From Eledone cirrhosa (taxonomy: Eukaryota): a stretch of DNA of 64,000 nt. Location: the NCBI GenBank assembly GCA_964016885.1, contig OZ024743.1, forward strand, positions 372,434,001 to 372,498,000. The letters run 5' to 3'. Made by a program: the position numbers and the translations under genes. The notes beneath the pieces are model-generated. The model worked only from the letters and a program-made list of their open reading frames with translations. It was not told where the DNA came from and searched no databases. Within the stretch, counting starts at the first letter, position 1. Each line of letters starts with the position of its first letter. Below, one piece after another: positions 27,308-39,972 of the stretch.

Positions 27308-30300
27308 AACTTTGAATAACTTTGAAATGTTTTGGCCAGTATTGGCCCAGGCCATGTCTAACTTAATAGCACCACCTGGCGAAGTCTTTCAATTCAGGAT
27401 TTGGGCACCATGGCCCATTCGAGAAGAGAATTACTGTTTGCGGAGACATATCCGGGTGTGGGTGGTTTGTCCGGGATTACTTGGAGGAATTTGTCCAAAG
27501 ACTTCTTGAATTTTGTGTGGTCAGTTTCTGTTTTGACGTGTCCTGGTGTGATGTTGAAGAGAGCAGGGCCGATTGAGGTGAAATAATTGTGCCGTATTGT
27601 TGTTATGAGTTGCGATTTAGATTTTTGAATGGGACGGATAGCACGGGGCCCAAGCCTTGGGTGTATCTTGAAGGCGATGCCAACATCATTTGGGCAGTGA
27701 TGATGGAACATTTTCCACATCATGCAGATAATATAACGCTCACGGCGACGTTGGAGTGAGTAAAGTTTCAGGTTTTCCAATCGACCCCAGTAGTCAAGGT
27801 CTGACATGCCATCTATCTTTTTCGTGATTGCCCTTTGAGGAGCTTCAAGTTTCATGATACTTTGTTTCGTGTGGGGAGACCACAGTGGACAACAGTATTC
27901 AAGGTGTGGTCGGGCGAAAGTAGAGAAGAGAAGGATAATGGTGCGGGAATCTCTCGACTGGAAGGTTCTGAGGATCCAGGAACACATTCTGCGGGCCATG
28001 TCAACTTTGCTGCTTATATGCGTGGTCCAGCTTATGTTGCTGTCCACAGTTACTCCCAAGTCTCTGATGTTGTTAGATGCCACGAGAGTTTCCCCGGAGG
28101 GAAGGGAGTACGGGAGTTTCAGAGCATCCTCTTTTCCAAAGTGGATCAGTTCGAATTTGTCTTCGTTCAGTAACATGTTGTTCTTTTCTGCCCATTGGGT
28201 AACAGCCAGTAGGTCTGACTGAAGGCTTATCCGGTCATCCACGCCATTGATGACCTTTTGGAGCTTGGAATCATCAGCGAAAATTTTAATGTTGCTGTGT
28301 TTGATGATGTCAGTGATGTCATTAATATAGATGATGAAGAGAAGTGGGCCCAACACAGTGCCTTGTGGGACTCCACTACTGACTTTGGCTGGGTTTGATT
28401 TGACTCCCTCAACTACAACATGTTGGGTTCTGTTTGACAGGAAGCTCTTGATCCACTGCAGCAGCTTTCCAGTGACACCAATATTGGACAGCTTTCTCAG
28501 TAGAATGTTATGATCAACCCTGTCAAAGGCCTTGCTGAAATCAAGGTAGATAACATCAGTGTTGGAACCCTCTCCCAAGGCTCTCAAAATGTCATCAAAG
28601 TGATGCAGTAGTTGCGTCAGGCAATCCCTTCCATTACGGAATCCATGCTGGTTGGAGTTCAGCATATTGTTACTCTCAAGGAAGTGGGTCATTCGCGATC
28701 TCACCACTCGCTCAAATACCTTAATGATATGAGAGGTGAGTGAGATTGGACGGTAATTCACGGCAAGGGATTTGTTTCCCTTTTTGAAAACTGGGACAAC
28801 AGACTGGGATAGAAGGTTTTCTGGCACATATCCAGCATCCAGTGAGTTCCGCCACAGATTGGCAAGAGGAGAAGCAAGTTGGTGTTGACACGCCTTCAAG
28901 ACACAAGCAGGGAACCTATCGGGACCTACTGCTGAATTATGCTTGATTCCCTTTATTGCCGCCAAGACATCAGGGGCGCCAAACGTTATGTCCGATAAGG
29001 TGTAATGGGGAGTAACATCGCCGATACAGCCCAGATCGGCCATATCAGGATTGCTGAAAACAGAGCAGTATTGTTTCTGCAGTATCTCACCCATGGTTTT
29101 AGCATTGTCTTGAAGAGTGCCATTTTCATCAATTAGAGGGCCAACAGTAGAGCCAGTGATTTTGTGTTTTTTTGCAAATGAAAAGAACACTTTGGGATTG
29201 AGTTTGATCTTCTCAATGGCCCAGGCCTCTTCAGCTCTTCTCTGATTGTTGATGAGGGACATTATGTTGTTTTGGAGGTTATGTTTTTTAATCTCTAGTG
29301 ATGAAATGGCAGTCAAGTTGATGTGTTGCTGCTGACAGTATTTCAGATTGTTGATTTTTTTGTTCGTTCTCTTAATTTTTCTGATGAGCGTTTTTCTATT
29401 TCTAGGGATTCTGCTCTTAGATTTGTTTATAGTTCTTAATGGGGTGTGTTTAGCACATATGTTTGTAACAGTGTCCACAAATGTCTGCCAGGACTTTTTG
29501 ATGTTAGTGGGTGTATGAGTGTGCGTGAAGGACCAGTCGACATGTGCAAGATCATGACTGATCGCTTCCCAGTTTGCATTGTGGAAATCCATAGCGTCAA
29601 ACGGATGGGCAGGAGAAATGACATTGGGTTTGTATATTGGACGGTGGAATCTCAGATCACAGAGAACCATGTCATGATCAGAGAGTAGAGTTTTCTCCAC
29701 TGCAATATTGTGGATATTGTCAGTGTGATTGCTGAAAATTAAGTCTAGGACGTTTTTGTGGCACCTCGTTGGTTCGAGCACTAGTTGGGATAGGAAGAAA
29801 TCATCCATGAAGTCAAGAAGCGATTCCACAGCTTCCCTGTCAGAGGTTGAGGCAGAAGAACCTGGTGGCAGGGTGTTTGTGGACCAGTCAACTCCGGGGA
29901 GGTTGAAGTCCCCCATCATTAAGATGTTGTCAGGGTGACACTCTTGGATGAAACACTTTATGCTGTTGAGGCATTCCTTGAAGCATGGTACAGGCGTTTG
30001 GGGTGGCCTATAGAGCCCAACTACTAATAGGTTGTTGGTTTGACTGAATACAGTGACTGCTTCACAGTATCCATTAGTGAATATGTTCATAGCCTCTGTT
30101 GAGAAAGAATTATGGACATAAATGGCAGTTCCGCCCTTTCTTCTGCCAGCGCGATCAGCACGGATGGCTTTGAAATTTTTCACTTTCACCTCGGCTTCCA
30201 AGTGGAGGTTACTGAGATGGGTTTCAGTGAGGACGAAGAAAGGGATGTGGTTTGGATGGACATCAATCCAGTCCTCCAGGAATTTGATCTTCCATTTTTG

Positions 30301-30737
30301 AGTATTGGTGGAAGGGCTGATGCCTTGGGCGTTAAGCAAAAATGTAGAGGCGAGGGTGGATGGTTTTAATTGTTTTGGTGTGTTGTTAATTTGTTTGTTT
30401 GTTAATGGCAGCAATGGGAGTTTGTGCAGTGGGGTGATAGTGGAGGGTGGTGCTGGGTGATAGCTCGAATGTTTTTTTCCAGTTCTTTTGCCAGATTCAT
30501 TATGGCTAAAAAAAGAGGAAGAAGTTTCCTGTTTAGAAGACTGTTGGTGACTGTGGTAGTGGTTATTTTTATGTAGGTTATGGTTTTTGTTTTTGCTTTT
30601 ATTTTTAATTTTATTTTCATTTATCCGACGGGTCCTCGGGAGATGGGTAAAGGGACAATCCCGGTCTAAACACAATCTGTCTCGCAGGGAAAAACGGCAG
30701 ATTTGTGGATTCCTTGTTTGAGTTATTGGTGGTTGTT
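27308..30737 (-). mobile_element. 5'-truncated non-LTR retrotransposon (CR1/L2-group-like) embedded in (TA)n
   Basis: Uninterrupted APE-RT ORF, short 3' UTR, and a tandem 3' tail (aactttgaat repeat on +). Both flanks are TA microsatellite. Confidence 0.9.
27394..30675 (-). CDS. LINE polyprotein: CCCH zinc finger, APE endonuclease and reverse transcriptase
   Basis: APE motifs LTETHL, GLYRPP, MGDFNLP, LDLIF, SDH. RT motifs [34 protein letters not shown]. The frame stays open upstream to ~30735. Confidence 0.93.
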   Translation of the reverse strand: MCLDRDCPFTHLPRTRRINENKIKNKSKNKNHNLHKNNHYHSHQQSSKQETSSSFFSHNESGKRTGKKHSSYHPAPPSTITPLHKLPLLPLTNKQINNTPKQLKPSTLASTFLLNAQGISPSTNTQKWKIKFLEDWIDVHPNHIPFFVLTETHLSNLHLEAEVKVKNFKAIRADRAGRRKGGTAIYVHNSFSTEAMNIFTNGYCEAVTVFSQTNNLLVVGLYRPPQTPVPCFKECLNSIKCFIQECHPDNILMMGDFNLPGVDWSTNTLPPGSSASTSDREAVESLLDFMDDFFLSQLVLEPTRCHKNVLDLIFSNHTDNIHNIAVEKTLLSDHDMVLCDLRFHRPIYKPNVISPAHPFDAMDFHNANWEAISHDLAHVDWSFTHTHTPTNIKKSWQTFVDTVTNICAKHTPLRTINKSKSRIPRNRKTLIRKIKRTNKKINNLKYCQQQHINLTAISSLEIKKHNLQNNIMSLINNQRRAEEAWAIEKIKLNPKVFFSFAKKHKITGSTVGPLIDENGTLQDNAKTMGEILQKQYCSVFSNPDMADLGCIGDVTPHYTLSDITFGAPDVLAAIKGIKHNSAVGPDRFPACVLKACQHQLASPLANLWRNSLDAGYVPENLLSQSVVPVFKKGNKSLAVNYRPISLTSHIIKVFERVVRSRMTHFLESNNMLNSNQHGFRNGRDCLTQLLHHFDDILRALGEGSNTDVIYLDFSKAFDRVDHNILLRKLSNIGVTGKLLQWIKSFLSNRTQHVVVEGVKSNPAKVSSGVPQGTVLGPLLFIIYINDITDIIKHSNIKIFADDSKLQKVINGVDDRISLQSDLLAVTQWAEKNNMLLNEDKFELIHFGKEDALKLPYSLPSGETLVASNNIRDLGVTVDSNISWTTHISSKVDMARRMCSWILRTFQSRDSRTIILLFSTFARPHLEYCCPLWSPHTKQSIMKLEAPQRAITKKIDGMSDLDYWGRLENLKLYSLQRRRERYIICMMWKMFHHHCPNDVGIAFKIHPRLGPRAIRPIQKSKSQLITTIRHNYFTSIGPALFNITPGHVKTETDHTKFKKSLDKFLQVIPDKPPTPGYVSANSNSLLEWAMVPKS

Positions 30738-30765
30738 ATATGTATATATATATACATATATATAC

Positions 30766-30798
<33 letters not shown>

Positions 30799-30809
30799 CA
30801 TATATATAC

Positions 30810-30840
<31 letters not shown>

Positions 30841-30949
30841 CATATATATACATATATACATATATATATATATACATATATATACATATATATATATATA
30901 TACATATATATACATATATACATATATATATATATACATATATATATAC

Positions 30950-31006
<57 letters not shown>

Positions 31007-31007
31007 C

Positions 31008-31062
<55 letters not shown>

Positions 31063-31097
31063 CATATATACATATATATACATATATATATATATAC

Positions 31098-31132
<35 letters not shown>

Positions 31133-31373
31133 CATATATATACATATATACATATATATACATATATACATATATATACATATATACATATATATACATA
31201 TAAACATATATATACATATATATACATATATACATATATATACATATATACATATATATACATATATATACATATATACATATATATACATATATATACA
31301 TATATATATATATACATATATATACATATATATATATATACATATATATACATATATATACATATATATATAT

Positions 31374-31404
<31 letters not shown>

Positions 31405-31416
31405 TACATATATATG

Positions 31417-31450
<34 letters not shown>

Positions 31451-31509
31451 CATATATATGTATATATATATACATATATATATATATACATATATATGTA
31501 TATATATAC

Positions 31510-31552
<43 letters not shown>

Positions 31553-31574
31553 CATATATATATATACATATACA

Positions 31575-31610
<36 letters not shown>

Positions 31611-31660
31611 CATATATATATACATATATATATATATACATATATATATACATATATAGA
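30738..31660. repeat. (TA)n/(TACA) microsatellite
   Basis: Direct reading. Confidence 0.98.
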
Positions 31661-31838
31661 GATATAGATATAGATAGGTAAATATACACGGGTGTGTATG
31701 ATTGTGTATAGAAGATTATATTAATAAGAGGAATTCCAACTTTGTCTGATTTACTCGTTTTATTTACAATCCTTTAAAATATATATAATGGTATTATAAT
31801 GAAATAGTATGATAGAATATTAAATTCTAAGTGTTAAT

Positions 31839-31877
31839 TGAACAAGTACTTTCATGCTTTCGCAATCTTCAGGTTCA
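31839..31877 (-). ncRNA. Minimal type I hammerhead ribozyme (family C, Penelope-linked)
   Basis: tgaac-CTGAAGA-ttgc(gaaa)gcat-GAAA-gtac-TT/gttca, with palindromic stem III aagtactt. Confidence 0.85.
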
Positions 31878-32240
31878 TGATATGTGGTGACAGTCGAGTT
31901 TGCAATTTTCAACTGTAATGAGATGGGTAAATTTCCTACCTTTTATACATTTTATACAGAGAAAAGTGGCTCCAGAATGCAAAGCCCTGTAAACTGTATT
32001 TAGACCAATCAGTGTGTGTAGTTTCACTGAATTACTACAGCTGATTGGTTTAAGCGTCACGGCTGGTTGAGCATGCTAACGACCAATAGTCATATCCAAC
32101 GTATCAATTGTTTTGCATTTTTGAAATGATGAAAATAGCATTTTCTATTAATCATCACCATCAACATCACTTTTATTATTATTATTACTGTTGTTGTTGT
32201 TGTTGTTGTTAGTGGTCGTGGTCATAGCCCCTAGGCGTTA

Positions 32241-32606
32241 TTATTGTTCATTTAGCTTGGGTTTGAATTTATCAATAAAATTCTTTTCTTTGATTTTTCT
32301 CTTGATTTCACTTGGGCTGTGTAATTTGTAGAATGGGAATATTATAAATATTCCCTGACCACATGTTGCCAGGTGGCCGCTTAGGGGTATCTGACGGACA
32401 TTTGGGTCTCTGATTTGTTGACGGTGTACCCGTGCACGTTCCGATAGTGCATTTCCAGTTTGACCGACATATAGTTCTTCACAATTCGGGCATTTAATGC
32501 AGTAAATTAGATTTCTGCTTTTGCAGTTCATATTTGCATTGGGAATATTTTTCCAGTTTTTGTTTTCATATATTGACCGGCGTGTATGGATTGACATGTG
32601 CCGCAT
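32241..32606 (-). pseudogene. Penelope GIY-YIG endonuclease domain fragment
   Basis: NCKSRNLIYCIKCPNCEELYVGQTG...ER...H...KIKEKNFI...PKLN. The RT is absent and the frame is disrupted upstream. Confidence 0.88.
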
Positions 32607-32811
32607 CGATTATCATTACATTTAGATACAGTTAATGATTGGTCTTTGTTGTTAGGTCAAACTTTGCTTTTGTTAGCAATTGCTTCAAATTTTTTGGCTG
32701 TCTTTTACTAAGAGTCAAAGATCGATCTGTGATTAAGCCTTTTAATTCATTACTTTGAGCAATGATCGGTAGGTTTGCTTTAATTTATCTATCGGTCGCA
32801 ACTCCAGGTAG

Positions 32812-32932
32812 AAGGAGCAACGTGAAATAAAGTGTCTTGCTCAAGGACATAACGCATCGCCTGGTCCAGGAATCGAACTCACAACCTTACGATTGCGAAT
32901 CCAATTCTCTAACCACTCAGCCACACGCCTTC
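32812..32932 (-). mobile_element. tRNA-derived SINE head (V-domain-like)
   Basis: A-box TGGCTGAGTGG and B-box GTTCGATTCC, followed by gtccttgagcaagacacttta rather than a tRNA acceptor stem. Confidence 0.8.
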
Positions 32933-32944
32933 ACATATATATAC

Positions 32945-32977
<33 letters not shown>

Positions 32978-33046
32978 CATATATATACATATATATATAT
33001 ATACATATATATATACATATATATATATATACATATATATATATAC

Positions 33047-33077
<31 letters not shown>

Positions 33078-33234
33078 CATATATATATACATATATATAC
33101 ATATATATATATATACATATATATACATATACATATATATACATATATATATACATATATATACATATATATACATATATATACATATATATACATATAT
33201 ATATATACATATATATACATATACATATATATAC

Positions 33235-33283
<49 letters not shown>

Positions 33284-33350
33284 CATATATATACATATAT
33301 ATATATATATATACATATATATACATATATATATATATACATATATATAC

Positions 33351-33446
<96 letters not shown>

Positions 33447-33530
33447 ATATATATATACATATATACATATATATACATATATATATATATACATATATAT
33501 ATATACATATATATATATACATATATATAC

Positions 33531-33623
<93 letters not shown>

Positions 33624-33656
33624 CATACATATATATATACATATATATATATATAC

Positions 33657-33735
<79 letters not shown>

Positions 33736-33928
33736 CATATATATACATATATATATATATATATACATATATATACATATATATATATATACATATATAT
33801 ATATACATATATATATATACATATATATATATACATATATATATATACATATATATATATACATATACATATATATATATACATATATATATATACATAC
33901 ATATATATATATACATATATATATATAC

Positions 33929-34011
<83 letters not shown>

Positions 34012-34022
34012 CATATATATAT
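32933..34022. repeat. (TA)n/(TACA) microsatellite
   Basis: Direct reading. Confidence 0.98.
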
Positions 34023-34255
34023 TAGAATGATCGAGTATCGAAAAATCGGCGCACGAGTTCACGATAAACAAAATTCGATATGAGCGGCAGAGTGCTCGCA
34101 ACTTCACCGATGTTGCTCAATGAATGACTGGGACAGACCAATTCAGTTTGAACTAGACTGAACCAGTATCAGAGTTAAAAATACATTATGAAGAGAGAAG
34201 AAACATTTAGATATAATTAGTAATAAAATGTATCATACCTAAACTGTTCCTAAAT

Positions 34256-34343
34256 TCCTCGACTACGTAGTTTCGTGGCATAAACAAAAACAATATATCA
34301 AAGATATAGAGTCCTTGCGAGGTCTGCCGACTTATCAAGAGGA
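34256..34343 (-). ncRNA. Variant type I hammerhead ribozyme (family D, inverted copy)
   Basis: Reverse complement of 34918-35005. Confidence 0.7.
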
Positions 34344-34917
34344 TACCTCATTTTACTAGTCTCAAGAACGCGTCTACACGACCTGAGAAAGAATCCCAAA
34401 AGGCGGAGGGGGAGATAGTCACGCGATATAACGGTCGAGAAACAGAGCTAAGCCTCTTATAACCACGAAGAAAATACCACGGAGGCGGAGGGGGTATTCA
34501 TATCGAGTTCAGTCTAGTTCAAACTGAATTGGTCTGTCCCAGTCATTCATTGAGCAACATCGGTGAAGTTGGCACCCTTAACTCACAGTTGGGTGCGGAT
34601 GCATTCATGTATATATGTGTGCGTCCGCATGTATCTGTGTGTTTCTAAATATATTAATAACTCCCTCTGGTCGAGCAATCTTTGAGGTGTGGGGACAACT
34701 GGAAAGCTTCCATTACTCATACTTCTCGCCTTCTTCACTACCTCTTCTACGGCCTCGATATGAATACCCCCTCCGCCTCCGTGGTATTTTCTTCGTGGTT
34801 ATAAGAGGCTTAGCTCTGTTTCTCGACCGTTATATCGCGTGACTATCTCCCCCTCCGCCTTTTGGGATTCTTTCTCAGGTCGTGTAGACGCGTTCTTGAG
34901 ACTAGTAAAATGAGGTA

Positions 34918-35005
34918 TCCTCTTGATAAGTCGGCAGACCTCGCAAGGACTCTATATCTTTGATATATTGTTTTTGTTTATGCCACGAAACTACGTAGTC
35001 GAGGA
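34918..35005 (+). ncRNA. Variant type I hammerhead ribozyme (U3-A8 core, long stem II)
   Basis: tcctc-TTGATAA-gtcggca...tgccac-GAAA-ctacgtag-TC/gagga, with palindromic stem III actacgtagt. Confidence 0.72.
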
Positions 35006-35246
35006 ATTTAGGAACAGTTTAGGTATGATACATTTTATTACTAATTATATCTAAATGTTTCTTCTCTCTTCATAATGTATTTTTAACTCTGATACTGGTT
35101 CAGTCTAGTTCAAACTGAATTGGTCTGTCCCAGTCATTCATTGAGCAACATCGGTGAAGTTGGCACCCTTAACTCACAGTTGGGTGCGGATGCATTCATG
35201 TATATATGTGTGCGTCCGCATGTATCTGTGTGTTTCTAAATATATT

Positions 35247-35296
35247 ACATATATATATACATATATATACATATATATATATATACATATATATAC

Positions 35297-35349
<53 letters not shown>

Positions 35350-35354
35350 TATAC

Positions 35355-35393
<39 letters not shown>

Positions 35394-35394
35394 C

Positions 35395-35427
<33 letters not shown>

Positions 35428-35438
35428 CATATATATAC

Positions 35439-35485
<47 letters not shown>

Positions 35486-35578
35486 CATACATATATATAT
35501 ATATACATATATATATACATATATATATACATATATATATACATATATATATACATATATATATACATATATATATAC

Positions 35579-35611
<33 letters not shown>

Positions 35612-35672
35612 CATATATATATACATATATATATATATATACATATATATATACATATATATATATATATAC

Positions 35673-35703
<31 letters not shown>

Positions 35704-35852
35704 CATATATATATACATATATATATACATATATATATATATATACATATATATATACATATATATATATATATACATATATATACATATATATACATAT
35801 ATATACATACATATATATATATATACATATATATATACATATATATATATAC

Positions 35853-35905
<53 letters not shown>

Positions 35906-35962
35906 CACACATATATATATATACATATATATATATACATATATATATATATACATATATAC

Positions 35963-35993
<31 letters not shown>

Positions 35994-36032
35994 CATATAT
36001 ATACATATATACAGATATATATACATATATAT

Positions 36033-36098
<66 letters not shown>
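35247..36098. repeat. (TA)n/(TACA) microsatellite
   Basis: Direct reading. Confidence 0.98.
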
Positions 36099-36103
<5 letters not shown>

Positions 36104-37073
36104 AAAAATGTGTGGATGTTAGAAAACGTTCTATATAGATCATGTTATATAAGAAAAATGATAAAAATAAGTGTCTGAAAAGGGCACCTGGTATATATAT
36201 GCAGATTCTTGACCACATTGGTTTAGACTAAAGGTTCTCAACGGGGAACATATTCCCTCCCGGGAAGGGGGGGTCGTAGCTCGGGGGGGGGGGGGGTTAT
36301 GCAGTAGCGTTTGAAATTTTGAGGGCGCTAGAAGCCTCTTTAGTTTGGTAAATTTTATAAGTCATATTTGTACGTGTCTTAGACAGTCAGTGATTTGAAT
36401 GAAGAAAACGAAGAAAATAAATAAAAGAAGCTTGTCAACGAATTCCCTAGGGAGATAAAAGAAAATCAAAAGAAATCAAAGAGAATCAAAGTAAGGACTC
36501 CTTCAACAGAAATGACAAGAAGCAATGATGGTGAACATACACACACATACATACATACATACATACATACTTACATACATACATACACACACGCACACAT
36601 AGGCCGGCGTTAGTTATTGATGAGGTTGAGAAACCAGTCAACTTTCAGGCCAGAGGTGTGGTATTTAATCTACCTAGGTAATAAAACCTGGCGCCAAAAT
36701 GTTCTCCTTACAAAAAAAAGAAGACATAGATCATATCAACATCCTTACACACTTAAATATAAATGTATGTATATATGTATGTAGATTTATATATATATAT
36801 ATATATATATAAACGGAAAAAATGAAACGAAATTTCATTTCCCACTCTTAGTACGGCTGTTACTTAAATATAAGTATGTATACGTACATACATATATGTA
36901 TACAGACGTACAGTCGTATGTATATATAGATACATGCACACATATATATATGTACGCATGGATTCACCGAACATTTATTATAATGCTCGGTGTGTTTGTA
37001 AACAAACATCCCTAATTAAGCCGTACAGTGTCTAGCAACCATCGTTGCTCTTTTGTTCAACACTGACAAAGGA

Positions 37074-37116
37074 ACGCTGTACTAGTTTCAAGCATATTCA
37101 CTATCGTCAGCAACGT
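37074..37116 (-). ncRNA. Minimal type I hammerhead ribozyme (family A)
   Basis: acgttg-CTGACGA-tagtgaatatgctt-GAAA-ctag-TA/cagcgt. Confidence 0.75.
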
Positions 37117-37638
37117 ATACCTTCCTGCCAGATGATTGAACGTCTGAAAGTATATACTTTCCTTATGCATATTAACGGCTGAGCAGCCTAATTTGCATAT
37201 CGAGTGGGTTAATCGGCCGGGTGCACCGAAAACGATAAACGGAAAAAATGAAACGAAATTTCATTTCCCATTCCCGTTTATCGTTTTCAGTGCACACTAC
37301 GGCTTAATTCGGGATGTTTGTTTACAAACACACCGAGCATTATAATAAATGTTCAGTGAATCCATGCGTACATATATATATATGTGTGCATGTATTTATA
37401 TATATATACATACTACTGTACGTCTGTATACATATATGTATGTACGTATACATAATTATATTTAAGTAACAGCCGTACTAAGAATGGGAAATGAAATTTC
37501 GTTTCATTTTTTCCGTTTATCGTTTTCGGTGCACCCGGCCGATTAACCCACTCGATATGCAAATTGGGCTGCTCAGCCGTTAATATGCATAAGGAAGGTA
37601 TATACTTTCAGACGTTCAATCATCTGGAAGTAAGGTAT

Positions 37639-37681
37639 GCGTTGCTGACGATAGCTAATAAGCTTGAAACTAGTACAGCGT
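37639..37681 (+). ncRNA. Minimal type I hammerhead ribozyme (family A)
   Basis: gcgttg-CTGACGA-tagct(aata)agctt-GAAA-ctag-TA/cagcgt, with palindromic stem III actagt. Confidence 0.85.
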
Positions 37682-38133
37682 TCGTTTGTCAGTGTTGAAC
37701 AAACGAGCAACGATGGATGCTAGACACTACGGCTTAATACGGGATGTTTGTTTACAAACACACCGAGCATTATAATAAATGTTCGGTGAATCCATACGTA
37801 CATATATATGTGTGTATGTATATATATATACATACTACTGTACGTCTGTATACATATATGTATGTAGGTATACATACTTATATATAAATATACATACATA
37901 CATATATATATAAATACATACATATATATATAAATACATACATATATATATAAATCTACATACATACATATATATATATATATAAATCTACATACATACA
38001 TACATTTATATAAATCTACATACATACATACATTTACGTATGTATATAGCTATTCATTTATACATATACATGCATTTATGTGTGTGTGTGTGTGATATAT
38101 ATATATATTACACACACATATATATATATATAT

Positions 38134-38370
38134 GCAGTGTGACAAAAAGCTTGTTTCCCGACCACCTATTTCCGGGTTCAGTCCCCCTGCCCGGGCCGAT
38201 CAAAGCCCTGTGAGTGGATTTGATAGATCGAAACTAAAAAGAAGCCCGTCGTATATATGTCTGTGTTTGCCCTCCCACCAATGCTTGTTGGTTTGTTGAC
38301 GGCCCCATAACATACCAAGGTGATGCTCCAACATGGACGTAGTCTAGAGACAGAAAAAAAGTAAAGTGTG
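38134..38370 (+). mobile_element. Degenerate tRNA-derived SINE (further family)
   Basis: B-box-like gggttcagtcccc, followed by aaagccctgtgagtggatttgatagatcgaaactaaaaagaagcccgtcgtatatatg, a body recalled from abundant octopus SINEs. Confidence 0.6.
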
Positions 38371-38402
38371 TGTGAGTGAGTGAGTGAGTGGGTGAGTGAG
38401 TG

Positions 38403-38445
<43 letters not shown>

Positions 38446-38530
38446 GGAAAAATTTGAACAGGGACAAAACAGAGGCAGTACAACGAATGTTTATTAATTT
38501 CACGCTCTGGAGAGTGGGGTGTTGGTGGGG

Positions 38531-38564
38531 GACGACGTTTCGGGCATAAGCCCTTCCTCAGGTG
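38531..38564 (-). ncRNA. Putative minimal hammerhead (family E) in a pLTR-like fragment at 38444-38714
   Basis: cac-CTGAGGA-agggc(ttat)gccc-GAAA-cg-TC/gtc. Core and stem II are intact but stem I is weak. An AATAAA lies downstream and (TA)n tracts flank the fragment. Confidence 0.6.
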
Positions 38565-39119
38565 AGAAGTGTGTGGGAACAGAGTTCAAAGGGTGTGTAG
38601 GGGAGTGGTGGAGAGACATATAGCGAAAGGAAACGGTGCGAATGAAAAAATAAAAAATAAAGATAAAAATAAAAATAAAGCATGATCAAAATACAAGGAA
38701 TGAGATAAATTTAAATATATATATATAAGGGATACAAATACTACTTTCTCCAAGCTTCATTCGTTGCTTTGTATTTTATTTTGCAAGGTACTATTTTTCC
38801 CCTGAGTTTGTGATTTCAGAGAAAGGTAAGAAATTCTTCATATTTTACATCTTTTGTATTTTGACTTTACAGTTTAAATTGTAGAATTGTTTATCCAATC
38901 AAAATATTACAACAGCTAACAGTGAAATATAGAATTTAAAAAAAAAAAAAAAAGCTTTTTCGACTGAAAAAGTCTTTGAGAACATTCACGTCTATTTTTC
39001 AAAAATATATAATTTGAAATAGTTTGCTTTTGTTTTGGACTGAAACTTTTTTTGTATTCAATTCGTACGGGTATTTTTTAAAGATCTTTTTAAAGATTCT
39101 AATATAACTTGATTTTGCC

Positions 39120-39972
39120 CATTACGTGCACTGCGGCATTCATATTGCTCAACTTATTATAACTAAGTCTGTACAACAAGCTTCATTTATCAAAAATGTT
39201 CTAGGTTACGTGAATGAATTGCGGAAACTATATAGTACATCAGGGAAATTTAAGCAAGCGTATTTATCACAACATGATGTAGAAAATGAAGTATCGTCAC
39301 CACGCTCCTTAACACCTGTGTGCCCTACTCGATGGCTAACACGACTTTCTGCAGTCAAAGCCCTTCTTGACAATTATTCAGATGTCCCTATTTCTTTACA
39401 AGAGGCAACAAATGAGTTTGGCACCAACATTGCATCCAGAGCTAATGTTATTCCTAAGTGTCACTCTCCGGGCCAATGTGTTCTTGGATTGCACTTTGTA
39501 GTTCCATTACTTCAATTCATTGAAGAATTGAACAAATCTTTTCAAAGTACCACTTTCAATCTAGGTAGCATGTTGCATCGTGTCAAACTGGTGCAGGAGG
39601 AGCTAAAGAAAAATCTACGCAGTGAAGAAATATTTCAGGAGCTGTTCAATACAGCAGAAAAAAAATGATTTATCAACTCGATATTTCTCCTTTGGAGCTA
39701 CCCAGGCAACGAAAAGTTCCTAAAAGATACCAGGAAGGAAATGCGTTAAAATATCAACACTGCACTACTTTGGATCATTACAGAGTGCAGTATTTGCAGG
39801 TAGCGGATACTGCAATATCAAATTTGAAAGATTTTTTTTTTCACAGGATTTAGAAGATTATGAAAAACTGAGCAATATTTTACTCAATGGAAATGTTTGT
39901 GCTGAAGTCATCATGCAGTATCCAGAGATTGATGAATTTTCTTTAAGGAACGAAATACTTTCTTATAGAAAT
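39120..39972 (+). pseudogene. hAT (ZMYM1-like/Tip100-type) transposase, middle part, frameshifted
   Basis: VHCGIH, VCPTRW and LPRQRKVPKRY motifs. Interrupted by a Gypsy LTR at 39973. Confidence 0.85.

Larger units (their letters stand above)
31690..32790 (-). mobile_element. 5'-truncated Penelope-like element (linker, GIY-YIG, 3' pLTR region with hammerhead)
   Basis: SKRQPKNLKQLLTKAKF linker at ~32660-32710, the GIY-YIG ORF, and a hammerhead ~360 nt downstream on the same strand. Confidence 0.88.
34023..35246. mobile_element. Non-coding pLTR/retrozyme-like element (family D): 409-bp inverted repeat plus ~591-bp tandem period, between (TA)n tracts
   Basis: 34099-34507 is the reverse complement of 34754-35162. 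34507-~34656 is a direct repeat of 35098-~35246. Confidence 0.85.
36811..37990. mobile_element. pLTR/retrozyme-like family A: ~426-430-bp unit in tandem and inverted arrangement
   Basis: The unit restarts at 37237. Orientation flips near 37272. The reverse array has a period of 430 (actacggcttaat at 37296 and 37726). Confidence 0.85.

Noticed and set aside
32860-32932. Functional tRNA gene
   Set aside because: A and B boxes are present but there is no proper acceptor stem, and it continues into a SINE body.
36613-36642. ttgatga...gaaa hammerhead-like motif
   Set aside because: No stem II, a mismatched 3-8 pair, and negligible stem I/III.
38700-39120. Left TIR/TSD of the ZMYM1-like hAT
   Set aside because: I found no caggggcc terminus or gaaaagag duplicate; the 5' part appears deleted, so its left border is not called.
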